From Desulfobacterales bacterium (GTDB lineage Bacteria > Desulfobacterota > Desulfobacteria > Desulfobacterales > UBA5616), in assembly GCA_046483495.1 (NCBI GenBank), contig JAWODC010000072.1, forward strand, positions 1 through 45,689: a stretch of DNA of 45,689 nt, given 5' to 3'. The position numbers and the translations under genes were made by a program. Below the pieces are notes generated by a model that was not told where the DNA came from, did not search any database, and worked only from the letters and a program-made list of their open reading frames with translations. Positions 1-8,588 of this stretch are shown piece after piece. Each line of letters opens with the position of its first letter. Within the stretch, counting starts at the first letter, position 1.

Positions 1-166
1 GTTTGTTTTTTTGGTCATGGTCATATTTGCAAGCGGCGCGAAGCAGCCGCTTGAACGGACTGCTAAAAAAACGGGGCATTGGAAAAACGGTCATCTGTCG
101 CTGCATCTCCCCTTCACCCCCTGAGGGGGAAGGCCGGGATGGGGGGGAATAAAGACCCGATCCACA

Positions 167-208
167 CCCATAGCCCATAGCCCCTCACCCCTCACCCATC
201 ACCCCTTA
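167..208. repeat. Heptamer tandem array, 6 degenerate units
   Basis: cccatag cccatag cccctca cccctca cccatca cccctta; same family as the reverse complement of the GGGTGAT array at 8341. Confidence 0.8.
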
Positions 209-254
209 AACGCCGCTCAGGGCCGAAAGATGCCGCCTTAAAAACAGACCGGCC

Positions 255-398
255 GTGGCCGTTCAGAAGCGGTAGGTTTCGGTCCTGAGCAAGGCATGAG
301 CTCTTTTTGGATCCGCAGGAATAGTAAACTATTTTGAGGATTCCAAAAAGGCGAATAACACCGCTCAGGGCCGAAAGATGCCGCTTCTGAACGGCCAC
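255..398. mobile_element. Palindromic MITE/REP-like element (~144 bp), with a partial extra arm copy at 213-236
   Basis: 255-290 is the reverse complement of 363-398 (36 nt, 4 mismatches); the interior is also palindromic (ctttttgg...aatagtaaactatt...ccaaaaag); abuts the glnA stop codon. Confidence 0.65.
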
Positions 399-1736
399 TC
401 AAGTGATCGGGAGATACTTATCCAACTCATACCGACTAACATGAGTACGATACAAATCCCATTCAATCTTCTTGTTTTCGATGAATTTATTGAAAATGTG
501 ATCACCGAGAGCCTTCCGGACCAGCTCCGACTTTTCGATTTCGATCAAGGCGGCATACAGATTGCCCGGCAGGGTATGGATTCCCCTGGCCTCTTTCTGG
601 GATTGCGTCATTTCAAAAATATCTTCTTCGATGGGATCCGGAAGATCGTATTTTTTTTCAATTCCCGTAAGCCCAGCCGCAAGCATTACCGCAAAGGCCA
701 GATACGGATTGCAGGCCGGATCGGGCGCCCTGAATTCAATGCGTGTTGCGGTTTCCTTGCCCGGCTTGTACATGGGAACCCGAATCATGGTGGAGCGGTT
801 GTGCCGGGCCCACGAAATGTACACCGGTGCCTCGTATCCCGGCACCAGCCGCTTGTAGGAATTGACCCACTGGTTCGTGACGGCGATGATTTCCGGAGCG
901 TGCTTCATGATACCCGCAATGTAGCCCTTGGCCATTTCTGAAAGGTGAAACGGATCCCTGCCATCGAAAAAGAGATTCTTTTTTCCTTCGAACAGGGATT
1001 GATGGACATGCATGCCGCTGCCGTTTTCTCCGAATACCGGTTTGGGCATAAATGTGGCATAACAACCGTTCTGGCGTGCAATTTCCTTGACGATGATCCG
1101 GTAGGTCATGGTTTTGTCCGCCATACGCAGGGCTTCATCATACCGAAGGTCGATTTCATGCTGACTGTGAGCGACCTCGTGATGGCTGTATTCCACCTGA
1201 ATGCCCATGGATTGCAGCGCAAAAATGGTCTGCCGCCTCAAGTCCGCGCCCAGATCCAGCGGGCGCGCATCGAAATATCCCCCCTTGTCCAGTCCTTTGG
1301 TGTCCCTGCTGTCCTCAAAATAAAAATATTCGAGTTCAGGCCCCACATAAAACGTGTATCCCTTCCGCCCGATCGTTTGCAACAGCCGTTTGAGCACAAA
1401 CCGCGGGTCTCCCTCATAGGAGCTCCCGTCCGGATTCAGGATATCGCAGATCATCCGCGCCACCGGCAATTCCCCCGATCGCCACGGGACGAGCTGAAAT
1501 GTCTGCGGATCAGGCATGGCGATCATATCGCTTTCCTCGATCCGCGCAAAACCCTCGATAGAGGAACCGTCGAATCCCATGCCCTCGGTCATGCCCTCTT
1601 CCAATTCGGAAGGGGTAATAGCAAAACTCTTCAGGACTCCCAGGACGTCCGTAAACCAGAACTGGATGAAACTGACATTTCGCTCCTTTACCAATTTCAA
1701 AACATCTTCACGGTCCCTGCAGTTCATGTCCGTCAT
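399..1736 (-). CDS. glnA: Glutamine synthetase type I (GSI-alpha-like)
   Basis: Motifs FDGSSIEGF, GPELEYF, HHEV, TFMPKP, NGSGMH, YKRLVPGYEAP, RIEFRAPDP; GGAGG RBS; Phe at the Tyr adenylylation position (EEDIFEM). Confidence 0.96.
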   Translation of the reverse strand: MTDMNCRDREDVLKLVKERNVSFIQFWFTDVLGVLKSFAITPSELEEGMTEGMGFDGSSIEGFARIEESDMIAMPDPQTFQLVPWRSGELPVARMICDILNPDGSSYEGDPRFVLKRLLQTIGRKGYTFYVGPELEYFYFEDSRDTKGLDKGGYFDARPLDLGADLRRQTIFALQSMGIQVEYSHHEVAHSQHEIDLRYDEALRMADKTMTYRIIVKEIARQNGCYATFMPKPVFGENGSGMHVHQSLFEGKKNLFFDGRDPFHLSEMAKGYIAGIMKHAPEIIAVTNQWVNSYKRLVPGYEAPVYISWARHNRSTMIRVPMYKPGKETATRIEFRAPDPACNPYLAFAVMLAAGLTGIEKKYDLPDPIEEDIFEMTQSQKEARGIHTLPGNLYAALIEIEKSELVRKALGDHIFNKFIENKKIEWDLYRTHVSRYELDKYLPIT

Positions 1737-1772
1737 GCATCCTCCGTATATCGGTTGATCAGTGAATGGTTT

Positions 1773-3053
1773 TTACATAATCCAATGCAGCACCCAAAAA
1801 TACGCCAGAGCGGCGCACGTCATCACGATGCAAGGCGCCCACAAATAGCGGTAAACGGCATTCAATTCAGCTTCGAAATACTGGTTGGACAGCAGCAGAC
1901 ACAGGTGCAGGGGGGACAACAGGACACCGGCAAAGCCGCACACCAGCCCGACCATGATGTAGGCCGGCATAAACGCCGCTTCGCCCTGGGTGTTGACAAG
2001 GGATATCAAGATGGGAAAGGTGCTGCCGACAAATGCGATCGTAATGCCTGTAAACACGCCCACGATAAAGGGCAGCGCCGCTGCGATCAGCACCAGCGGG
2101 ATATGAATTTTCATTAATTCGTCGCTGATACCGAGAACCGCTCCGCTGTCGCCGAGAATCCCCTTAAAAACCAGTATGGCGATGACCATATAAAAAATCT
2201 GGAACAATTTTTTATTGAGTACCGTTTCCCGCCTTTGGGTGAACGTCATTTCATTTTCCCACCATATCCACAGGACCGCCAATACCAGGCTGACGATCAG
2301 GCCGACCTCCTTTGCAATCGAAAGACCCGGGAAGAACCACGAGAGCAGCATTCCCAACATCAATCCCAGGATAATGACAATCAGGATGGGGATCATTTCG
2401 TGAAGAAACGGCTTCGCCGAGGGCTTCGCTCCGGCAGGGCTGTTTTGAGGGTTCAGCTCTTTTTTGGAAATGCCGCCGGAAAGGATCGCGACGACCGTCA
2501 GAGGGCACATCATGACAACGAACAAGACCAGGCTGATGTCCGCCATCAGCGTCGCCAATAAAACGCCCGGGTACATGGGCCACCAGTATTCCCACACATG
2601 CCGGAACCAATAGTTGATGAAACTGAGCCGGCTCGGTGTAAGCGGTTGTCCCGAGGCCATCTCCTTAACCATGGGTGCGGAGAATACGGCGCCCCCCGGC
2701 ATGGGCAGCAGCCCGATCAGTGCCGGGAAAATGATCAGGTTGAGACGGGGGGCGGCAATCAACCCTCTGAAACGATCCAACAGCCGCTTCATCCGGCCGG
2801 TGATTTCCATGCTGCTGCTCAAAACGAGAATCAGCGAAACCACTATAGCGAGAGAGAGGGTCTTGGGGTAAACGACGGCATTTAAAATCGATCCGAGGGT
2901 GTCGGTAACCGGCATTGCAAAAAACAGACTCAACACGACAGCGCCGATCATAAAGGCGTTTCCTAAAGACAGGTTTTTCCGAATCGCATACAGCACCAGC
3001 ATAAACACCAGGGTCATCCGAACGAGAGCGGGAATGTGATCCAAAAACGTCAT
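1773..3053 (-). CDS. DUF401-like integral membrane protein (putative transporter)
   Basis: Highly hydrophobic; motifs GLLPMPGGAVFSAPMV, NYWFRHVWEYWWP, LSPLHLCL. Confidence 0.8.
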   Translation of the reverse strand: MTFLDHIPALVRMTLVFMLVLYAIRKNLSLGNAFMIGAVVLSLFFAMPVTDTLGSILNAVVYPKTLSLAIVVSLILVLSSSMEITGRMKRLLDRFRGLIAAPRLNLIIFPALIGLLPMPGGAVFSAPMVKEMASGQPLTPSRLSFINYWFRHVWEYWWPMYPGVLLATLMADISLVLFVVMMCPLTVVAILSGGISKKELNPQNSPAGAKPSAKPFLHEMIPILIVIILGLMLGMLLSWFFPGLSIAKEVGLIVSLVLAVLWIWWENEMTFTQRRETVLNKKLFQIFYMVIAILVFKGILGDSGAVLGISDELMKIHIPLVLIAAALPFIVGVFTGITIAFVGSTFPILISLVNTQGEAAFMPAYIMVGLVCGFAGVLLSPLHLCLLLSNQYFEAELNAVYRYLWAPCIVMTCAALAYFWVLHWIM

Positions 3054-3170
3054 CGGCCGCTCCGCAGATGAAAGTCCAAAAAACCGGTCTTGGTCCGTAT
3101 TTGCAATTTATAATAAAATATGGTGGAATACGAAGACATACCATTTCTCCGACCGGGAGTTTTCACGATC

Positions 3171-3527
3171 ATGGAAATTAAAAATGCCGTTACCGCGCTT
3201 ATCCAGAGCGACAAGATCAAATCCGGCATCATCTGGACGATCCAGTTAGTTAACATGCTTTCAGACACGGGTCAAAATGAAAAACCGGGTGCCAAAAACA
3301 TGATCAGGACACTGATAGGCATGATCGGACATGAATCCGTGTTAGCCCGCAGAATGACTCGAGACGGGGCCTGGACGGAGGTGGAAAAGGACATCGACAT
3401 GGCGCTCGTCATGATTGACTCCGGGGTTTTTCAGGAAGCCGGTTTTCATCTCGGCAGGGCTTTACGGCAGGCAACCGGCATCGCCGGCAGAAACATGTCC
3501 TTTTTGGTCGAAAAGGGAATTCTGTAG
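3171..3527 (+). CDS. Hypothetical helical protein (~118 aa)
   Basis: Fills the gap between flanking genes; GGGAG upstream of ATG 3171; amphipathic helical pattern; alternative start 3120. Confidence 0.65.
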   Translation: MEIKNAVTALIQSDKIKSGIIWTIQLVNMLSDTGQNEKPGAKNMIRTLIGMIGHESVLARRMTRDGAWTEVEKDIDMALVMIDSGVFQEAGFHLGRALRQATGIAGRNMSFLVEKGIL

Positions 3528-3565
3528 GTCACGGCGATCGGGTCGGGCGAAAACATTTACAGCGG

Positions 3566-4849
3566 CTATGTCATCCAGTTCGGCCGATCCCCGGCCCATT
3601 CCGCCACCGTTGCGTACAGCCAATCCTTCATTTCTTCCTTGATGTAAAACGCGGGGAACAGCAGGCCGTCATGGGAAGAAATCCTTCCTTCCCGAATCGC
3701 TTTTTCCGCCAGTTCGGTATGGGGATAGATGCGTATGCCCACCGTTATTTTCACCATGTCCAGCGGAAGTTCATCCATGAGCCGCAGACTTTCCAGAACG
3801 GTTTCCCGGGTCTCGCCGGGGCCGCCCAGCATTAAAAATCCCATCTGGAAAATCCCGCACGCGTGAAACAGTTTGGAAATGGTTCGAATGTCTTCAATGG
3901 AAAACTTTTTGTTAAAGCATTTTAAAACCGTCTCGGAGCCGCTCTCGAAGCCCAGACTCACTTCCCGGAAACCGGCCTCGGCCATTTTTTCCGCCAGCCT
4001 CCTTTCGACCATGTAGGGATAGATAATGCACCGGCTCCTGATGTTCAGCCGTTGTGAAATGATCCGATCGCAGATCTCTTCCGCGTATGACGGGGGCAAA
4101 TTGAATGTGTTGTCTACAAAGAAGAAGTGCCGGACTCCGGCGTCTACATAGGCTTCGATCGTGCGGATCACCTTTTCCGGGCTGAATTTTCTCAGGCGCC
4201 GGCCTTCGATGGCTGCTGTCGAGCAATAGCTGCAGTCCATCGGGCAGCCTCTCCGGGTCTGTATGGGCACCCAGACGGGAGCGTCGGGGGCATCACGTGG
4301 AATTTCCAGGTGCACCCAAGGCAGCGGCATGGGATAAGCATCCAGCGTTTGGGGAAGCAGCGGCGGATGAAGCGGTTTTTTTCCGGGCTGATACAATCCC
4401 GGAACATCGGAGGGATCCTCGCCGGAAGACAGGCGGTCCAGCAGCATGACAAAAGCGCCCTCCCCTTCCCCACGGATTCCCATATCGGCACCCGTATAGG
4501 CAAGCGCACTCTCGGGAAAAATGCTGAAACCGGCGCCGCCCAAAACCACCGGAGCGTGTGAGTGCTCCTTGCACACTTCCACCGTTTTTTTCACCGGGGG
4601 CACCAGAAAAACAGTGCCCTTCGACGTCTGATCATCGATATTTCTCAGCGAAACCCCGATGACCTCCGGTTCGAATTCCATAATAGCGCCACGCAGCATA
4701 TCCGGATAATCCTCCCGGCCCGAACGGAGGCTTAACATCCGGACCGTATGGCCCGCCTCCCGGGCTGCCGCGGCGACAGCGGCGGTGCCCAGGGGCAGCA
4801 CCGTCATATGGATGTTTTCCGTGATAACCGATACGAGCAGTACGCGCAT
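3566..4849 (-). CDS. Cobalamin-binding radical SAM protein
   Basis: N-terminal B12-binding-like domain (IGVSLRNID, VVLGGAG); CxxxCxxC in RGCPMDCSYC; GFESGS; AGGAGA RBS. Confidence 0.9.
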   Translation of the reverse strand: MRVLLVSVITENIHMTVLPLGTAAVAAAAREAGHTVRMLSLRSGREDYPDMLRGAIMEFEPEVIGVSLRNIDDQTSKGTVFLVPPVKKTVEVCKEHSHAPVVLGGAGFSIFPESALAYTGADMGIRGEGEGAFVMLLDRLSSGEDPSDVPGLYQPGKKPLHPPLLPQTLDAYPMPLPWVHLEIPRDAPDAPVWVPIQTRRGCPMDCSYCSTAAIEGRRLRKFSPEKVIRTIEAYVDAGVRHFFFVDNTFNLPPSYAEEICDRIISQRLNIRSRCIIYPYMVERRLAEKMAEAGFREVSLGFESGSETVLKCFNKKFSIEDIRTISKLFHACGIFQMGFLMLGGPGETRETVLESLRLMDELPLDMVKITVGIRIYPHTELAEKAIREGRISSHDGLLFPAFYIKEEMKDWLYATVAEWAGDRPNWMT

Positions 4850-4877
4850 GATGTTCTCCTTTTTATCGTGATTGTAT

Positions 4878-4912
4878 ATCGTAAATCGTGAATCGTAAAT
4901 CGTGAATCGTGA
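4878..4912. repeat. Heptamer tandem array (ATCGTRA)x5
   Basis: atcgtaa atcgtga atcgtaa atcgtga atcgtga. Confidence 0.85.
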
Positions 4913-4960
4913 TAAGGGTCTTTTTTATTCCGCCATTCTTTATATTTACACCGGTAAATT

Positions 4961-4988
4961 AAATTCGAAATTCGAAATCCGAAATCCC
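4961..4988. repeat. Heptamer tandem array (AAATYCS)x4
   Basis: aaattcg aaattcg aaatccg aaatccc. Confidence 0.75.
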
Positions 4989-5174
4989 CGGCCCAGACCG
5001 ATCACCATTTATTTTTTCTCGAGCCGCGGTTGACTTTACAAAGCTATTTTTTCTGAAACAAAAAACGGGCCGCGCCAGGGCGCGCCGAAACAAATCCCCT
5101 ATACACTCCCGCCCGCCCGTCCCGCCCATGTCTGCATCATTGACCCAAATACCATTTTCCCTTATGGTAGCAAA

Positions 5175-6458
5175 ATGAGTGCGGAACGCATCAGCTTGTT
5201 CGTAAGCCTGAAAGTGCCGGCCTACCAAGCCTTTTACGGAGCGCTTGTAGGTCACATGGCCTGCGTCAACATGCAGATGGTGGCGCGGTCCTGGTTTATC
5301 TACGAGCTGAAATCCCGCACATCCATTCTCGGGCTCGTGGCGCTTGCCCATGCCCTGCCGATTTTGGCGCTTTCGCTTTTCGGCGGGGTCATTGCGGATC
5401 GCGTCAGAAAAAAAACCGTGCTTATCATCGGCCAGCTTGCTTCAAGCCTGGTGGCGTTGACGGTTGCCGTATCCATTACGCTGGGGGCCGTCACCTGGGT
5501 GCACCTCATCGTCGCCGCATTTTTCCAAGGCATCATCATGGCGCTGATGATGCCCTCCCGGCAGGCCATCATACCGGAGTTGGTCGATGAGTCGCTTCTG
5601 ATGAACGCAATCTCCATCAATGCGGCCACCATGAACTTATTCAGGTTGGTGGCACCCGCACTTGCCGGATTTCTCATTGCATTGTGGAGCATCGAGAGCG
5701 TTTATTACATCATGACCGGACTTTACTTCATCAGTTTTTTGTTTACCTTGAAAATTCCCTCCGTCCGTGTTTCGGCGGAAATGCTTGAAAGCAGCCCGAT
5801 CGCCGATTTGACGGCCGGATTGCGTTACCTGCGCAGAAACACCACCGTTTTTTCCATCCTGGTGTTCACGCTGATGATCACCGTTCTTTCCATGCCGTAT
5901 TTTTATCTCCTTCCGGTTTTCAGCAAAGATATCATGATTCTGACACACGGCGACATCAAGCCGTTTATTCAATTGCCGCTTGTCGGCGACCTTATTGCCG
6001 CGTTGACCGAATCCAGCGCGCGCCTGGGGCTTCTGATCAGTATTTCCGGCATCGGTGCCATAGCCGGATCGCTCTGGGTGGCCTCACGGCCGAACAAACA
6101 CCGAGGGCTGCTCTATCTTTTAAGCGTCCTGGTGCTTTCCGTAACGCTGATTTTTTTCAGTCTCACGACGAATTACCTCCTGGCCCTGGCCATCTTCATT
6201 CCCTTGGGGCTGGGACAGGCCGGACGCATGTCGTTAAGCAACACCCTCGTCCAGTCGTATACGGAAAGAGCCTACCGCGGCCGCATGGTAAGCGTTTATA
6301 TGATGGAATGGGGGCTGACAAGCTTCGGCGTTTTTCTAATCGGCATCATCGCCGAATTTATCGGCGTTCGATTGGCCGTGGGAGGCGGCGCCTGCCTCCT
6401 GCTGGTCATCACACTGTATTATTTTTTCATGACTCCGAGAATTCGACAGCTGGATTAA
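5175..6458 (+). CDS. MFS transporter
   Basis: About 12 hydrophobic segments; motif A GGVIADRVRKK; PSRQAIIPELV; YRGRMVS. Confidence 0.9.
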   Translation: MSAERISLFVSLKVPAYQAFYGALVGHMACVNMQMVARSWFIYELKSRTSILGLVALAHALPILALSLFGGVIADRVRKKTVLIIGQLASSLVALTVAVSITLGAVTWVHLIVAAFFQGIIMALMMPSRQAIIPELVDESLLMNAISINAATMNLFRLVAPALAGFLIALWSIESVYYIMTGLYFISFLFTLKIPSVRVSAEMLESSPIADLTAGLRYLRRNTTVFSILVFTLMITVLSMPYFYLLPVFSKDIMILTHGDIKPFIQLPLVGDLIAALTESSARLGLLISISGIGAIAGSLWVASRPNKHRGLLYLLSVLVLSVTLIFFSLTTNYLLALAIFIPLGLGQAGRMSLSNTLVQSYTERAYRGRMVSVYMMEWGLTSFGVFLIGIIAEFIGVRLAVGGGACLLLVITLYYFFMTPRIRQLD

Positions 6459-6507
6459 ACGTCGACCGGAAAGGATGTCGGGCGACACACCCGATACGTC
6501 ATGCTTT

Positions 6508-7233
6508 ATGAAAATTGCAGTCATTTCAGATATCCACGGCAACCTGGAGGCGTTCAGCGCCGTTCTGGCGGATATCGACGCAACCCATGCGGATAAAATC
6601 ATATCCCTGGGCGACAATATCGGATACGGTCCCGACCCTGAACAGGTAATACGCCTGTTAACGGAACGCGGCATCCCTTCCGTGATCGGCAATCATGAAC
6701 TCGCCGTACTGGATGAGTCCCGGATCGAGCACTTCAATCCAACCGCGAGGATCAGCATTTTGAAAACAATCGCCATGCTCTCACACGAGGCAGTATCCCT
6801 CATCGGCCGATTTCCGCGTTTCCTGTCGGAAGGCGGCGTTCGGTACGTTCATGGATTCCCCCCTGACTCCCCGACGATCTACCTTTTCGAGCCAACGGAA
6901 AGAAGACTCGAAACCGTCCTCCGTTCGCTGCAGGAAGACATTTGCCTTGTCGGCCATACGCATCTTTTGAAGGTTATCTATTTTGATGGGCATCATCTGA
7001 CGTCGACCGTTCCTGAAAAGGGGATATTTTATCTTCGAAAAGAAGGAAAATATATCATCAACGCCGGAAGTGTGGGGCAGCCCCGGGACGGTGACAATAA
7101 CGCCAAGTACGTCATTTTCGATGATGCCGAGCGCACTATTGACATCCGGTTCGTTCCATACGATATTGATGCCGTGTCGAAAAAAATACGGGCAGCCGGA
7201 TTGCCGGAGTTCAATGCACTTCGGTTGAGGTAA
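6508..7233 (+). CDS. Calcineurin-like metallophosphoesterase
   Basis: Motifs SDIHGN, LGDNIGYG, GNHE, VHG, GHTH, NAGSVGQPRD; alternative start 6475. Confidence 0.9.
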   Translation: MKIAVISDIHGNLEAFSAVLADIDATHADKIISLGDNIGYGPDPEQVIRLLTERGIPSVIGNHELAVLDESRIEHFNPTARISILKTIAMLSHEAVSLIGRFPRFLSEGGVRYVHGFPPDSPTIYLFEPTERRLETVLRSLQEDICLVGHTHLLKVIYFDGHHLTSTVPEKGIFYLRKEGKYIINAGSVGQPRDGDNNAKYVIFDDAERTIDIRFVPYDIDAVSKKIRAAGLPEFNALRLR

Positions 7234-7335
7234 TCCCCGGGCAAGCCAAAGGGATCGGGTTGTCCGGCCCGATCTGCTTTCTTTGAACGGATTCAACCGG
7301 CGCTTTCCGGAAATTTCAAACGAAGAGAACGATAT

Positions 7336-8346
7336 ATGATACAGACGGATGGATTGTCTCCGGAGCAGATCGCAGGCCAGCGGTTGATTGCCGGGTTTGA
7401 CGGCACCACCCTCAATGATGAACTCAAATTTCTGATCGACGGCCTCAAGGTCGGCGGCCTGATCTTGTTTAAACGCAATATTATCGATGCCGGGCAAACC
7501 GGGCGCCTCTGCCGGGATATTCTGAAATACGCCGATTCATGCGGACAGCCGCCGCTTTTTATCGCCGTTGACCAGGAAGGCGGACAGGTGGCCCGGCTGC
7601 CCGATGCGTTCACCCGGTTTCCCGGAAATCCGTTTATCACCACACCTTCCCAAGCCGAAATATTCGCCGTATCAACCGCACGGGACTTAACCGGTCTCGG
7701 AATCAATATGAATATGGCACCCGTGCTCGACGTACCCCCGTTCAAGGGCGACAGCATCATGCGGGAAAGGGCTTTCAGCCACCGACCGTCAATCGTCTCC
7801 GAGCTGGGCGGCACCGTCATCGATGCCTTTCAGCACAATCACATCATGTCCGTCGCAAAGCATTTTCCGGGAATCGGCAGGACCACTCTGGATTCCCATC
7901 TCGAGCGTCCTGAATTCGACGGCGACATAACGGATATGCATTCCCATGATTTGATCCCGTTTCAAACCGCCATCGAAAAACGCGTGGCAGGCATTATGCT
8001 GTCCCACATTCTGTACACCCGGATCGATCCAAAATGGCCGGCAAGCCTCTCATCGGAAATTGCAGACAACCTGCTGCGAAAACGGATGGGATATGACGGC
8101 ATCGTTATGACGGATGACTTGGATATGGCCGCCATAACCAACCATTATAACATTCAAACGGTTGTCGATCAGATCCTTTCCGCCGGCATCGATATCGCGC
8201 TGATATGCCGAAAAGGCCCCCATATTGAAATCGCGTTCCAGAGAATATTAGAGCACCTTCGCAATGGGAAGCTTCCGGAAAATAAATGGACCGACCCCTT
8301 ACGGCGGATAGTGGATCTGAAGCGGAAGTATCTTTTCCGGGGGTGA
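7336..8346 (+). CDS. nagZ: Beta-N-acetylhexosaminidase (GH3)
   Basis: Motifs GLILFKRN, DQEGGQV, KHFPGIG...DSH, TDDLDM. Confidence 0.9.
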   Translation: MIQTDGLSPEQIAGQRLIAGFDGTTLNDELKFLIDGLKVGGLILFKRNIIDAGQTGRLCRDILKYADSCGQPPLFIAVDQEGGQVARLPDAFTRFPGNPFITTPSQAEIFAVSTARDLTGLGINMNMAPVLDVPPFKGDSIMRERAFSHRPSIVSELGGTVIDAFQHNHIMSVAKHFPGIGRTTLDSHLERPEFDGDITDMHSHDLIPFQTAIEKRVAGIMLSHILYTRIDPKWPASLSSEIADNLLRKRMGYDGIVMTDDLDMAAITNHYNIQTVVDQILSAGIDIALICRKGPHIEIAFQRILEHLRNGKLPENKWTDPLRRIVDLKRKYLFRG

Positions 8347-8403
8347 TGGGTGATGTGTGGGTGATGTGTGGGTGATGGGTGATGGGTGATGGGTGATGGG
8401 TAT
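8341..8403 (+). repeat. Heptamer array (GGGTGAT)x8 with two GTGT interruptions
   Basis: Read directly; the first unit contains the nagZ TGA. Confidence 0.9.
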
Positions 8404-8502
8404 GGATGGAGTGCCGTTTGGCTTGTGCTCCGATGCTGTTTTTCTGAAGTGTAATCCCCTCAGCGGCTTTGCCGCATCGTTCAAAATACAATGCCGCTAT
8501 TT

Positions 8503-8579
8503 ATCGAAATCGGGATCGGGATCGTTTTTTCTTCTTTTTGAATTTCGATACCGATACCGATACCGATCCCGATACCGAT
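8503..8579. repeat. Inverted hexamer arrays (ATCGRR)n ... (CGATMC)n
   Basis: atcgaa atcggg atcggg atcg faces cgatac x3 cgatcc cgatac cgat; lies between convergent nagZ and tsaD. Confidence 0.8.
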
Positions 8580-8588
8580 TTGGAGGTC

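Noticed and set aside
192..398. 68-aa ORF after glnA
   Set aside because: Coincides with the palindromic element and shows no protein features
945..2117. Long opposite-strand ORFs (945..2117, 29339..30406, 41502..42350, 40568..41290, 6781..7497, 25558..26247)
   Set aside because: Antisense shadows of well-supported genes, with no motifs of their own
3085..3110. Sigma-54 promoter near the DUF401/glnA operon (TGGTCCGTATTTGCA)
   Set aside because: GG-GC spacing is 9 rather than 10 nt, and it faces away from glnA
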